Positions 14,631 to 27,067 of a stretch of 64,000 nt of DNA are shown here, piece after piece. The notes beneath the pieces are model-generated. The model saw only the letters and a program-made list of their open reading frames with translations. It did not search any database and had not been told where the DNA came from. Every line of letters starts with the position of its first letter. The stretch's first letter is position 1. Origin of the DNA: Octopus vulgaris (lineage: Eukaryota); assembly GCA_951406725.2 (NCBI GenBank), contig OX597832.1, positions 16,554,001 to 16,618,000 of the forward strand. The letters are read 5' to 3'. The translations under genes were made by a program, and so were the position numbers.

Positions 14631-15470
14631 AACGTTTTTCGCAGCGCAGAATGCAGTCACTCTTCAATCAGTATAATCCATACATGCATAAAACACAACC
14701 TCCTTAAAAATAGCGAGATATATTTGTCTAAAGGAGGCAACAGAGCAATTTAATTCGGTGGATAATGCAACAGATTCTTATTGATTGTTTAATTATATGT
14801 ATATTGCTTATATTGTCTAAAATAAGTGCTAACCAGCAGTAAATAATATCACTTCATAATTTGAGGCAATTTAATCGGAGGAATGAGAAGTTATTAGCAT
14901 AATGACCAATAACGTAATTTACATATAGTATATAATTTATAGTATGTATATGTATATATATATATATATATATGATAGATAGAGAGCGAGAGAGAGAGAG
15001 ATAGGGTCAGAGAGGGAGATAAACGCATACATAACTATATGAATATGAGCAGATTGTTATGGGAAGATCAAATTTTATAAACACGAGCACATCATAGAAA
15101 GTGGTTATCATATGTGTATGCATACATAAATACATATATACATACATATATACGTGCATGTGTGTGTGTGTATCAAAAAATAATATATTGAATAATAATT
15201 TAATGATTCACTGCTATCATATTTATCGTTAATTTTATATATACATCAAACAAATATTCAAATTGTAAATTAAACTGCACATTTTCCAACAAGTCATAAA
15301 TTTTGATCAGTTATTACTTTGCAGCATTAAGTTACAAATATAATATGTGCATTTTTTCCCACTAAATTATGAATATTATAAAATCTAATCAAAAATGTTA
15401 TTGTTCTGTTTTACTCTCTTTCTTCCTCTTAGCGTTGAGTGGCAACAGAAAATGTACTGAGTATCATCAT

Positions 15471-15852
15471 AGTCGATTCGATCGATCCCAGTACTCAACT
15501 GGTACTTTGTTTAGGTAGTTGAAACGATGAAAGGCAAGGTTGACCTCGGCGAAATTTGAACTCAAAAGGTAAAGACAGAAAAATACCTCTAAGCCTTTCG
15601 CCCCGCGTGCTAAAGTTTATTTTTCTTAATTGCACACAAGGGGCGAAACAAAGAGAGGAAAAAGAAGGACGGGAAAAGGGTTTAAGTCGATTACATCGAC
15701 CCCAGTACGTAACTATTACTTAATTTATCGCCATCGAAAATATGAAAGACAAAGTCGACCTCGGCGGAATTTGAACTCAGAACGTAGCAGCAGACGAAAT
15801 ACCGCTAGGCATTTCGTCAGGCGTGCTAACGTTTCTGCCAGCTAACCACCTT
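15471..15852 (-). mobile_element. SINE family A, head-to-tail pair (full copy 15620-15852, truncated copy 15471-15615)
   Basis: Two successive GTCGAT..TCGACCCCAGTAC..ATGAAAG.CAA.GT.GACCTCGGCG.AATTTGAACTCA blocks. Confidence 0.88.
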
Positions 15853-16234
15853 AGAGAGATTAATAATATTGTTACTTATTTGAGTCAGTTTCTCACTATA
15901 TCGGGGTGTTACCTGGTTGTTGATAGGGTCAATTTTAGTTCATTATTTGACTGAAGACCATATGAATGCATAGATGGAATCCCTAAATAATGAAGACTGT
16001 AAAACTACAATATCATACTTATATACATATACCAATAAACATACTTTTGATTCATACATACACATGCGCATGTGTATCCATGTGTATGTATATATATGTG
16101 GTGTGATAAGCGTCAAAATCTCGTTATATTTTCAATACGTTTATATAATGAATCTCATTTCAACAGTGACAAATATTCAAAGAACTAAGCTGTTCTTGAC
16201 AGTTCAATTAGAAATATGTAGTGGCGAACCTCAT

Positions 16235-16800
16235 TAGCCTAAGATTAAACAATATTTTTCGGCACTTCATTTCAGACAACTTGATAAGATGATTGGTAGC
16301 ACAATATAATCCTTGAAATTCACCATTCCTCAGACCATCATAGTTATTGGAGCTTCAGTGTGCAAAATTCTGAAGACGTTTGAAAGATCTGCATATAACC
16401 ATGTGTCACATTCTCGTCTTAGAACGTTTGTATTCACCCACATTTTCTCGCCAGAGGAGAGCCAAAACATATAATGTTCATGGTGGATTTTATCATCATA
16501 AGCTAATTATTTGGTATAGATCACAGGTTTTCCTGTATTTGAGACTTTCAAGAGCCTTTGAACACTGCAATTCTGATATTTTCCATAAATACCTGAATTT
16601 CTTGGATGTCGTTGTAAATTATTTTCCAGGGCCATCACATGTAGTATTTTGACTGATTAATTGAGGGGAAGTTGTTGCATCCGAAAGCATAGAATACCTT
16701 TCTTTGTCTCTTTGATTGCATTTGTCTTGAAGGCTTCCAATTCCGTCGGGACTTGGTAAACAGGAGATCTTGTAATTTAGGAAGTTTCCGATTACAAAAT
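16235..16800 (-). pseudogene. Tc1/mariner superfamily DD37D (maT-like) transposase relic
   Basis: Minus-strand translation FWLSSGEK..RRECDTWLYADLSNVFRILHTEAPITMMV*GMVNFKDYIVLPIILSSCLK*SAEKY parallels WFFSDEK..RRNDRWL..D...VP.VM.TKFP..VMV.GVVS..G.V.PP.F...GL.VNA..Y. Confidence 0.65.
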
Positions 16801-17005
16801 CGCTCAGCGGGACACAGCGATTTTGAAATCGGAAATTTTATATGTGAATATTATTTTATTCATTGTGTGCTTCACTGTAGTAATAGAAAATATCATTGCA
16901 CTGAAGAGAGTAGCGTTTTGATAATTGTTTCAAAATAAACAAAGTAAGCTATAAGCACATAAATACTTGAACACGCACATATATTCATTCATTCATTCAT
17001 ATATA

Positions 17006-17051
<46 letters not shown>

Positions 17052-17122
17052 GCGTGTGTGTATATGTATGCATGTATGCATATATATATATATATATATA
17101 TAGATATATACCTTTATATATG

Positions 17123-17597
<475 letters not shown>

Positions 17598-18336
17598 CCG
17601 ATATATAATATAAACCAATACACATACGTTTATAATTTGTAGATCCAGAGCAAGTTCCAGATCCTATGTAGGGCAGGATTTTAGGTTTGGTTTTTGCATA
17701 AAGGAAGAACACAAATTGGGTAAAAGTCCACGACGGCTATTGCAGAAGTATATGTTATTGACGAAATTTTCACTTGCATTATGAGAAAATTGAATAATTA
17801 AAGGGGCTAAAAATTTGTTTTCGTATAATTGAGGAGAGTGAGGGAAAACACACAGAGGGAAATTCGGATTTTAGTTGCCACTATGTTATAGATCGCAAGG
17901 TCATAAATCAACTATCGGGCAGATCCACAAATGTTTTAAATGATGCCTTACAATGAGGGTTAATCGACATCTTGGGATATATTTTCTCTGAACCAGAGTT
18001 TTAAACACCTGTCGAAAATAGTTTTTCATGTAGTAATCAAACTATTCATTAATAAAATAGATGCGCCTGAAACAGCTATAGCGACCTTTAATACAGTTGT
18101 GCTATTATTTTGTCTTTTCTAATTACATATACATGTATAAACATATAGGTGTGAGTGTGTTTGTGTGTTTCTGTGTTTGTGTATATGTGTATGTCTGTGG
18201 GTGAATGTGTGTTTGTGTATATATGTGTACATATACACATACAAATAGATAGTGATGATAGATAAACACATAGTGAGATGCATATATATGATTCAGTGTG
18301 TATACAGATATATCCTTATATATTTTTTTTTCTGCT

Positions 18337-18453
18337 CTAGGCACAAGGTCCGAAATTTGGTGGGAGAGGGCCAATCGATTAGATCGACCCCAGTACGCAT
18401 CAGCCACTTAATTTATCGACCCCGGATGAAAAGCACAGTCGACCATAGCAGAA
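18337..18453 (-). mobile_element. SINE family A 3' fragment, alternative tail
   Basis: CTAGGCACAAGGTCCGAAATTTGG..TCGATTAGATCGACCCCAGTACGCA..ACTTAATTTATCGACCCC.GATGAAA..AGTCGACC. Confidence 0.8.
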
Positions 18454-19448
18454 ATATATACTTACATATATTGAAATGCATATACATATGCATATACGCA
18501 CACACATATGCTACTTCGTGTGCGTGTATGCGTGTATGATTGTGTGTAGAACCTTAGAAATGCACCAGTATATCTACATCATAATAAAAAGGAAACTGAA
18601 AATCGGTAATTAACTTCCAAACTTTGCATAAAATTATATTGTTCAAAATAATTTTGGGGATATGGGAAAAACTTGCCAATTTTGTTTTTTACTGAAATTC
18701 ATAGAAGAAATTAATTATGATATTTATTTGGAGAAATATCCACACATAAGTAGCTAATATTTAACTGCAAGAAGTACGGTGTTAAATAATACATTATATT
18801 TGATGGGTTGCTAGGAGAAGTTTGAAAATTATTAATCTGCATTCATGCACACAGGCATTTTTATTGTGAAAAGCAGTGCGCGCAATGAATTATATTCTGC
18901 AGAATCTTATTTTTATCTTTTCAACGAGATTTATAAATTCCGAAAATAATTTTATAAAATGAAATCACGCTCACAATAGGGAGGAAGTAAAATATTTTAT
19001 TATTTAATACGCAATATAATATGATGCGACATATTATATACGTATGTATATGTGTGTGACTGTGTGTATGCATATGTAGATATACATATATTTCAAATCA
19101 CAATTTAGGGTATCTAAGATATACCTCCACGCTGGAAATAGCAGCCAAAACTTTACTCTAATACCTCTTCTAAAGGATGCGGTGCTTCCACATAGAAGAA
19201 GATTTTCTATTGTTGTAATCTTTATTCTCGAACTAGCAGACTTTGGAACACTCTTCCATATCATCGTTATCCTCCATTTTTACGGCTAGTTCTTCATAGT
19301 CCCTTACATTAAGTGCCTTCTCAGCCTATTTGGGGTCGTCTTAGAAAATATATGTGAGCTTGGTGTGTATGTGTGTATGTGTGTTTGTACACTAGGATAA
19401 CTCAGATAATGGGACATAATGAAAGAAAGAGACAGAGAGAGAATATAG

Positions 19449-19524
19449 TATGGTGCCGTTACGATAACGAGAATTGTTGATAATATTATGGTGCCTTTGC
19501 AATAAGGAGAAATGTTGATAATAT
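19449..19524. repeat. 38-bp tandem duplication (2 copies)
   Basis: TATGGTGCCGTTACGATAACGAGAATTGTTGATAATAT / TATGGTGCCTTTGCAATAAGGAGAAATGTTGATAATAT. Confidence 0.9.
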
Positions 19525-20410
19525 TATTCCAGGGACGACATTTCGCTTAGTTTGCTAACGTTCAGGTACTTCCAGATTTTGTTCTATATAATATTTATTA
19601 AATGCAAATCTGTAAATAATATTGGGCAGACACATACTTATAAATTTTCTGCTGAGTGAACAGAGAAGTTAAGACGCCACATATGTATTTCGTATTAAAA
19701 GCATTGAAAAACAGGCGTGCTTATACCCATTTCATTCAATGTTCGGTAGATAGAAATGTGTGATTTGATTTTCAGTTTTACGGTATCAGTCATTTCACGC
19801 TTTCTAGGTAGGTCTACAAACAGAAGCAAACATATTTCACGCAGATGTGCTTATTACGCAAAATTATTTAGAGCCTGAGACGACATCGCCCGATATATTG
19901 ACTCTTGCATTTAACTTCCGATCTTCAAAAGTCAAATTCTGACGTGAATGAATTTATAAAATCTAAATCTCATCTATTACTAGACGCTACTTTTCTATCT
20001 ACTCTACCACTTCACGAATAGACATGTGTCACACAAGTAATAACAGATTAACGGGCGTCGTTTCATATCTCTCATACTGTTGGATTTGTATTCTAATTAC
20101 TTGTACTGAAGATATAATTATACCGACGCGTTTGTAATATTTTCCTAAATTTGGAACTCTTTCAAAACGTTGACATACACCGAAACATTATGCTGAGGAC
20201 GGGAATGAATATGTATAATTCTAATCCATAAACGCGTCCATAATTAATCGAAGACTGTTTGATTTCGTTATTTTCCTTCCTTTTGCCTATGTGAGTTACA
20301 AATATTGTTATCTGTGGAGTAATATCTGTAGTAAAAAGGAATGAGATGTCTTTGGCTGCTATTTCTAAATTTTTTTCGGTATGTGGTTAAGAAACTTGTT
20401 GCTTAACCCT

Positions 20411-20454
<44 letters not shown>

Positions 20455-20469
20455 CACACACACACACAC

Positions 20470-20516
<47 letters not shown>

Positions 20517-20520
20517 TATA

Positions 20521-20825
20521 TTAAATTAGAGACAAAACCACTATTAGGCAAATCAAACAATGAAAGACTTTAGCCAATACATATGATTAATTTATATTAT
20601 TTAAATAAGTAACAAAATTATTAAAAAATATAATTAATATCACACTACGATCGTTTCATGCCTGCTGTCTTCAAATTTTTGAGTCGCAGTCATTCATCAG
20701 GTGGTTTAAATATTTTTCTTGGCGAAGTTTAAACAATTGTTTAAACTTCTATAATTTTACTATAAAATTGGATTCAATCCTAAATCTGAGTTTTCCCTGT
20801 AAGTTTGGATTTATTCCCTAATATT

Positions 20826-20830
<5 letters not shown>
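20521..20830 (-). mobile_element. Penelope-like terminal fragment with hammerhead and palindromic junction, inserted in (TA)n
   Basis: Homologous to 17199-17385; perfect 26-bp palindrome at 20724-20749; (TA)n on both sides. Confidence 0.65.
20643..20704 (-). ncRNA. minimal type I hammerhead ribozyme motif
   Basis: Minus strand ccac-CTGATGA-atgactgc(gactcaaaaatttgaagaca)gcaggcat-GAAA-cgatcg-TA-gtg: complete core, 7/8-bp stem II, palindromic stem III CGATCG, GUA triplet. Confidence 0.85.
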
Positions 20831-20891
<61 letters not shown>

Positions 20892-21316
20892 GTGTCTATC
20901 TGTGTTTACACGCGTGTGTGTGTGTGTGTGTTTGCCTGTTTCGTGCGCGAATGTGTGCGTGCGAATGGAAATATGTTAACGATTGAAACTGTTATTGTAC
21001 AGATACTAACCGCCACAAGTCATTCTTCTAGTTAAATTTGAAATTACTCCACTAACCACTTGATATACGGAGAAGTTCCGTTCTAAGGTAAGTGTGCCTT
21101 TTAGAAAAATACATGATTAGACATATCACGAATGATACAATTACAAATTTAGTTAAATTGATTCCTTCTATATCGTGATATAAGCATAACATTAAATACT
21201 TTTTTTCCTATTTAATTATATCTTATAATAGCATTTGTATTTTCATATAAATAGACCATGAAAATTCAGTTTCTACTATAGCAAGAACAATTAACTATGT
21301 TCCATTTTTTGCTTAG

Positions 21317-21549
21317 AAGGCGGCGAGCTGGCAAAAACGTTAGCACGCCGGGCGAATTGCATAGCCGCATTTCGTCTGCCGTTACGTTTTGAGTTCAATT
21401 TCCGCCGAGGTCGACTTTGCCTTTCATTCTATCGGGATCGATAAATTAAGTACCAGTTACACAGTGAGATCGATATAAAGGACTTGATCCGTTTGTCTGT
21501 CCTTGTTTGTCCCCTCTGTGTTTAGCGCCTTGTGGGTAGTAAAGAAATA
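21317..21549 (+). mobile_element. SINE family A, full length, with 21-bp target-site duplication
   Basis: A-box-like TGGCAAAAACG, B-box-like GAGTTCAATTTCC; flanks TATGTTCCATTTTTTGCTTAG (21296-21316) and TACGTTCTATTTTTTGCCTAG (21550-21570), 18/21 identical. Confidence 0.92.
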
Positions 21550-22290
21550 TACGTTCTATTTTTTGCCTAGCAGTTTGGAATTTAGTATTTACCCGTCTTC
21601 GAGACCCAGGAGATAAGGAGTGAAATTAAACTAATGTATTTTGATATTTTTGACAGCTATTTGTAACATATTACGTAATTTTCTCATCAGTGGTACACGA
21701 ATAACAAGGAAAGACAGTAAACAAATGAAGACAAATGATAGTCTCGCTCATCCATTTGTCTGTGTACTTTCACCAATTTATTCAATTATCTTTTAGTTTT
21801 CTCTTATTTTCTCAATGCATATAAACATTACTTTCAATGCATCATGTGAGACCATTTAAAGTAAATTAATGCGTGCTATTCACAAATCAACCAAAGTGCC
21901 ATGAGTTTACTTACACCACACACACAAAGGCAGAATATTTCCGTCTCATACATATGTATATACTAAATAGAGAATTAGCTTGGAATTATAGGTATCATGT
22001 GGATATTCACAGCGTACACAATTCAAATGCGTGTCTTCATTCGCAAATTTCCTTATACATTTTCTTATATTTCTTCCAGTAACATAAGCTTTCAACTGAC
22101 GTACTTACTGAACTTGAGAATGAATATTCGCTCTACATGGGATACTCATAAGATCAGCAATTATATTAATGCACGTAAAACTACTAACTGAATCATGCTA
22201 CGATACTTCATACTCTCTATGTATAATCAAATTTGAAATTCATATGCATACACAAATCCATTTGCTCGTGTGTATATATACCTGTATACA

Positions 22291-22348
<58 letters not shown>

Positions 22349-22370
22349 CATACTTACATATATGTGTGTG

Positions 22371-22720
22371 AGGGCGCATGACTCAGTGGTTAGAGCGTCG
22401 AGCTTACGATCGCGAGATTGTGAGTTCGAATCCCGGACCGGGAGGCGGATTGTGTTCTTGAACAAGACACTTTATTTAAACGTTGCTCCAGTTCAGTCAG
22501 CTATAGAAATGAGCTTCGACGTCACAGGTGTATCGGTTCTCTCTCTTTGCTGCATCGACCTTTGCCTTTGCCTTGGATAACACTGGTGGTGTGGAGAGCG
22601 GAGGCCGGTATTCATGGGCGGCTGCTGGTCTTCCATAAACAACTTTGTCCGTGCTTGTGCCTGGGAGGGTAACTTTCTAGTTGCAACCCCATGGTCAGTT
22701 ATGACCGAAGTTGGTTTCAG
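22371..22720 (+). mobile_element. tRNA-derived SINE, family B
   Basis: Head GGGCGCATGACTCAGTGGTTAGAGCG..GAGTTCGAATCCCG with A and B boxes, then TTGTGTTCTTGAACAAGACACTTT core; second copy at 35189-35515. Confidence 0.9.
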
Positions 22721-22732
22721 CATATATATATA

Positions 22733-23128
22733 CTAGCAGTATCGCCCGGCGTTGCTCGGGTTTGTAAGGGAAATAACTATATAAGCATTTTTAGAGAGTT
22801 ATAGCCAAAAAATAGCAAAAAAATGCATTAAAAATGAAAAAAAAATGATGGTAATTTTTTTTAAAATCGTTCACTCATCGCAGACATTTTTAGAGAGTTA
22901 CATCCCTTATATAATAGTGAAAGAAATGCATTAAAATGGAAACAAATGATGGTAATTTTTTTTGAATCGTAGACTCATCGTAGACCCGCGCTAATACCCA
23001 GAAGGGCACGATATGAATCACGACTATAAGATACCCGGTTTTGGTTAAACTGCACCGCAAAATGTGGGAGTAGTTAGGAATCTAAATCGTAGGAGACAGA
23101 CACACAACTTCACTTTTATATATAAAGA
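22733..23128 (-). mobile_element. non-autonomous Helitron
   Basis: Minus strand begins A|TCTTTATATATAAAA and ends CCCGAGCAACGCCGGG(hairpin)CGATACTG-CTAG|T; no TSD; same 3' end as 46917-47304. Confidence 0.85.
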
Positions 23129-23649
23129 TATATATTCTTATTTTATTCATCTATTTATTTAAAAAATAGCAAATAAAATAATAGAATGATCAATTGAAAA
23201 GCGAAGTAAAAGAACGTACAGTTCATTTCTGTGAACATATATTTATTAGTACAGCATTCCTTTTTTCCGATAATGATGACATGATAAATTTTGAAAGATT
23301 TAATCGATGAATGCTCATATACCCTAAACTTCTGACATTCCAGCGTCCATTATCGAATTCTAGAAAAGCCCTCAAATTTTGCTTGAGGTGTTAGAAATAC
23401 CAACCGACTTATACCAGTAGATGTGATATAGAAAAAATTATATCTAAAAAACTGAATTAGAGAATGGACGTCATTTATCATAACTCCATTTTTATTGGCC
23501 TAACCTCCGGGAACTATCTGCCCTCAGTGAAGTCTCCCAAGACAACATTCAATTTCGTACATCTATGCATAATTTACTCGTAGTTTCTTGTATATTCATT
23601 GATATTTCTTCACGTATATTTTATATTGCAGTTTAACTATTTCCATTTT

Positions 23650-23658
<9 letters not shown>

Positions 23659-23722
<64 letters not shown>
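23659..23722. repeat. (CT)n microsatellite
   Basis: Seen directly. Confidence 0.95.
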
Positions 23723-23727
<5 letters not shown>

Positions 23728-23981
23728 GCAAGTATTATTTTAGTTTAATGGAATTTCAACGCTTATTAATACATATATATTTACATACATACACTCACTC
23801 ATATGGACACACACACACACACGTACACACACGCACACACGCACACGCACACACACACATGCATATTTCGACTGATATATAATTCGTGTATTAGCAAACA
23901 AGTATATTCCTATGATCATTCATTCCGAAACATACTGGTACACAAAAGATAAAAAACATGCATATACATACTTCCGTACAC

Positions 23982-24050
<69 letters not shown>

Positions 24051-24052
<2 letters not shown>

Positions 24053-24222
24053 TCTTTTACTTGTTTCAGTCATTTGAAAGCGGACATTTTGCAGCACCAC
24101 CGTCAAGTGTTTTACTCAAACAAATATACCACAGAAAGCAGGACTTATTCTATTTAAGTCTAGTTCGTATTCTATAGGTCTCTTTTGCCGAGCCGCTAAG
24201 TTACGGTGACGTAAACATACCA
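24051..24222 (-). mobile_element. SINE family C, 3' part
   Basis: TTCTTTTACTTGTTTCAGTCATTTGA..GCACC..CTCTTTTGCCGAGCCGCTAAGTTACGGTGACGTAAAC is the reverse complement of the 40440-40600 tail. Confidence 0.85.
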
Positions 24223-25222
24223 TGCATTCAAATGCGAAATCCCAACATTGCCAAGTTCATTTGTGTTCTTTCAAGAAACCTGGATAGTAGGAGCATGATA
24301 AGCCATTTATAACAAGACATATCACCGAATTAAGAATATTTTCATCCAAGTACTCAGGGAACCAAAGCAAAATACTCTAAACATAAAATGTGTTTCTAAA
24401 TAGAAATTAAACTAAGTACAAAAGGACATCTGGTTCAGCATTTGTACAGTTCCAACATACGTTCTATATGTGAAAGCTGTAGAAATATTTCGTTTGTTTT
24501 TGCTAAATAGGGAAAAAAAATCTATTTGTCAGATGGTAGAGGTAGTCGATGGAAGAAGTAGTCGAAACAAAATCGCTACAGGAAGTGCACTCTATCTCTA
24601 AATATGTGCTTCCGTACGCCAACGTAAATGCAAAACACCAAGAAGATTTTAACGTTTACATATACTGATATATAAGTATATACATATATCCACCCACCAC
24701 CACATATGTACATATATACCAATATATATATATATATATATATGCATGTTTGTGTATATATACATAATACACAGATTTATGTATCCATATATATATATAT
24801 ATATATATATAATACAGACATTTAAATATCCACATACATATCGTATGGGCGGATATATTTATGTATCTGTGTATGTATGTATTTATCTATATATCTATAT
24901 ATTTCTGTATGAGAGCTTTTTATATGTCCATATAATTAAATACATTAACACAAACAGTTCCAACTGAAGCAAAAATAACGGAGAAAGACTAAAAGATTGC
25001 ATTAAAAAAATGAAACGACGGCAGACCTCACTTGAAGAAAATATAGTCGATCTATGTGAATGAGAATATGTTACGTACTGTGCACGATTTTCATACAAGA
25101 AATAATCTATTTTACTGTCTCAAGTGGGAATCAACTAATTGATTTGCTTTTGACATACAATTTTCGGAGAAGAGCAGCAATTCTGTAAATGTAGTGGGAA
25201 TGGTGGAGAAATACTGGTAGAT

Positions 25223-25325
<103 letters not shown>

Positions 25326-25417
25326 AAAGACACAGAGACGGACATACAGATACAATGAGACAGACAAGCAGACAGACACACATACAGGCAAACACACAGA
25401 AACATATATAAATATAT

Positions 25418-25502
<85 letters not shown>

Positions 25503-25849
25503 CAGAGAGAGAGAGATAGATGGATGGTTAGACTCTGATTCACTGAAATGAAAACGAATTATCTCCAGGAAGGACTTGTAGTATGTGTAACAAGCTAAAT
25601 CGAGTTATAAATAGCCGTTGGCTATTTTATATTCCTTAACAATGTTTCAAAGCTTACATTGTCATATAGATAAAATATGCAAATCATTTCGCCTAAGTTT
25701 TAAAATACAGAATTCAAACTATTACAAAATCAAATTTCTTGACGCTTGAGAATATTACAAGTTCACAAATAAATGATACACACACAACACACACACACAC
25801 TCGCCAAAACACGCAAACAAACACAAATATATATACATGCATATATATG

Positions 25850-25889
<40 letters not shown>

Positions 25890-25893
<4 letters not shown>

Positions 25894-26004
25894 CCTGCTC
25901 GCTTAGCCAGCGGGGTGGCGTCATTCGAAGGCTAAAACAATGCGAGCGCATTGTGACCAGCGATGTGTAACAACATCTGATGGTCTGGTCGGTCATGTGA
26001 TCAT

Positions 26005-26009
<5 letters not shown>
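25890..26009 (+). mobile_element. SINE family E tail (5'-truncated) in (TA)n
   Basis: Near-identical to 54646-54768 (TTGGCCTGCTCGCTTAGCCAGCGGG.TGGCGTCA..GAAGGCTAAAA.AATGCGA.GCGCATTGTGACCAGCGATGTG). Confidence 0.9.
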
Positions 26010-26038
<29 letters not shown>

Positions 26039-26043
<5 letters not shown>

Positions 26044-27042
26044 GAAAAATACACACTGGGACAAGAACGTAAAACATTTAGAAGACGATACAAAAAACAC
26101 AGACGGGACATTCGAAACCTTCAATCTTCAGTCAAGAACCGGATCATCATCTCAATTTCAGCTGATTAATCTTGAGATCGCTCCGATCCGGCCAGACCCA
26201 AGGAAAAACTAAGCTACGAGCATTAGATTTCTTGGAAAATGAATGTATACGAAACAAGGACAGAAAATGGACGATGCCACACGAATATAAATACAAAAAA
26301 CAATAATAGTAATAACTGGATAAAAACAGTGGGTGTCTTACGTCTATAGACAGTACAACTAGTTTTAGCTGGCGTATCTGGAAAAAAATGCATTTTTTGG
26401 CAGACGAAGACAACGATGTTCTCGAGGCGCTGGTTAGAAGCCGAAAGGCTTGTTGACCAGCGGTCACGTCAGAGGAGAAGAGAGAGAAACAAGGGGCAAA
26501 GGAATCAAAGAGAGAGAGAGAGAGAGAAATGGACGAAGGCACCAAAGGGGGAGAAGAGAGAGAAAGATGGAATTAAAGAAGGCGTGCCAAGGATTGGCTT
26601 GGCGACAGAATCAGTGAGGTGCAAAGTGAGAAAAACAGAGAAATGTGAGAGAGTGGGGGGAGAGTAGACCAAACAATCAGAGGCAAGAAAAGTGAAAAGG
26701 AGGAGGAGAAGTAGAGAGAGATAGAGAGAGAGAGAGAGAAAGAGACAGATCAAAGTAGAGTGCAAAGTGTGAAAGGCAGAGAAATGTAGGAGAGTGAGAC
26801 AGTGTTATAGAGCCGTACCAAATTTAAAGGAATATGTACTTACATACAAGGCCAAAGAGGGTACGGGCGTCGCTGTATATATCATATGTAGAAAAATACA
26901 AAATGGGACAAGAACGTAAAACATTTAGAAGACGATACAAAAAACACGGACGGGACATTCGAAGCCTTCAATCTTCAGTCAAGAACCGGATCATCCTCGC
27001 ATTTTCGGCTGATAAATCTTGAGATCGCTCCGATCCGGCCAG
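26039..27042. mobile_element. unclassified non-coding element bounded by 157-bp direct repeats (26039-26195, 26886-27042)
   Basis: Both repeats read ATGTAGAAAAATACA...TGGGACAAGAACGTAAAACATTTAGAAGACGATACAAAAAACAC.GACGGGACATTCGAA.CCTTCAATCTTCAGTCAAGAACCGGATCATC...CGCTCCGATCCGGCCAG; no coding capacity inside. Confidence 0.75.
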
Positions 27043-27067
27043 CCATATAAATGTGTGTGTGTGTATA

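Noticed and set aside
22372-22445. tRNA-like sequences here and at 46040-46110, 54452-54525 and 40151-40220
   Set aside because: They have Pol III boxes but no complete cloverleaf, and each continues into a SINE body.
26105-26135. Minus-strand CTGAAGA...CGAAT as a hammerhead (also at 26952-26982)
   Set aside because: It lacks GAAA and a pairable stem III, so it is not called a ribozyme. It is kept only as a note in the repeat finding.
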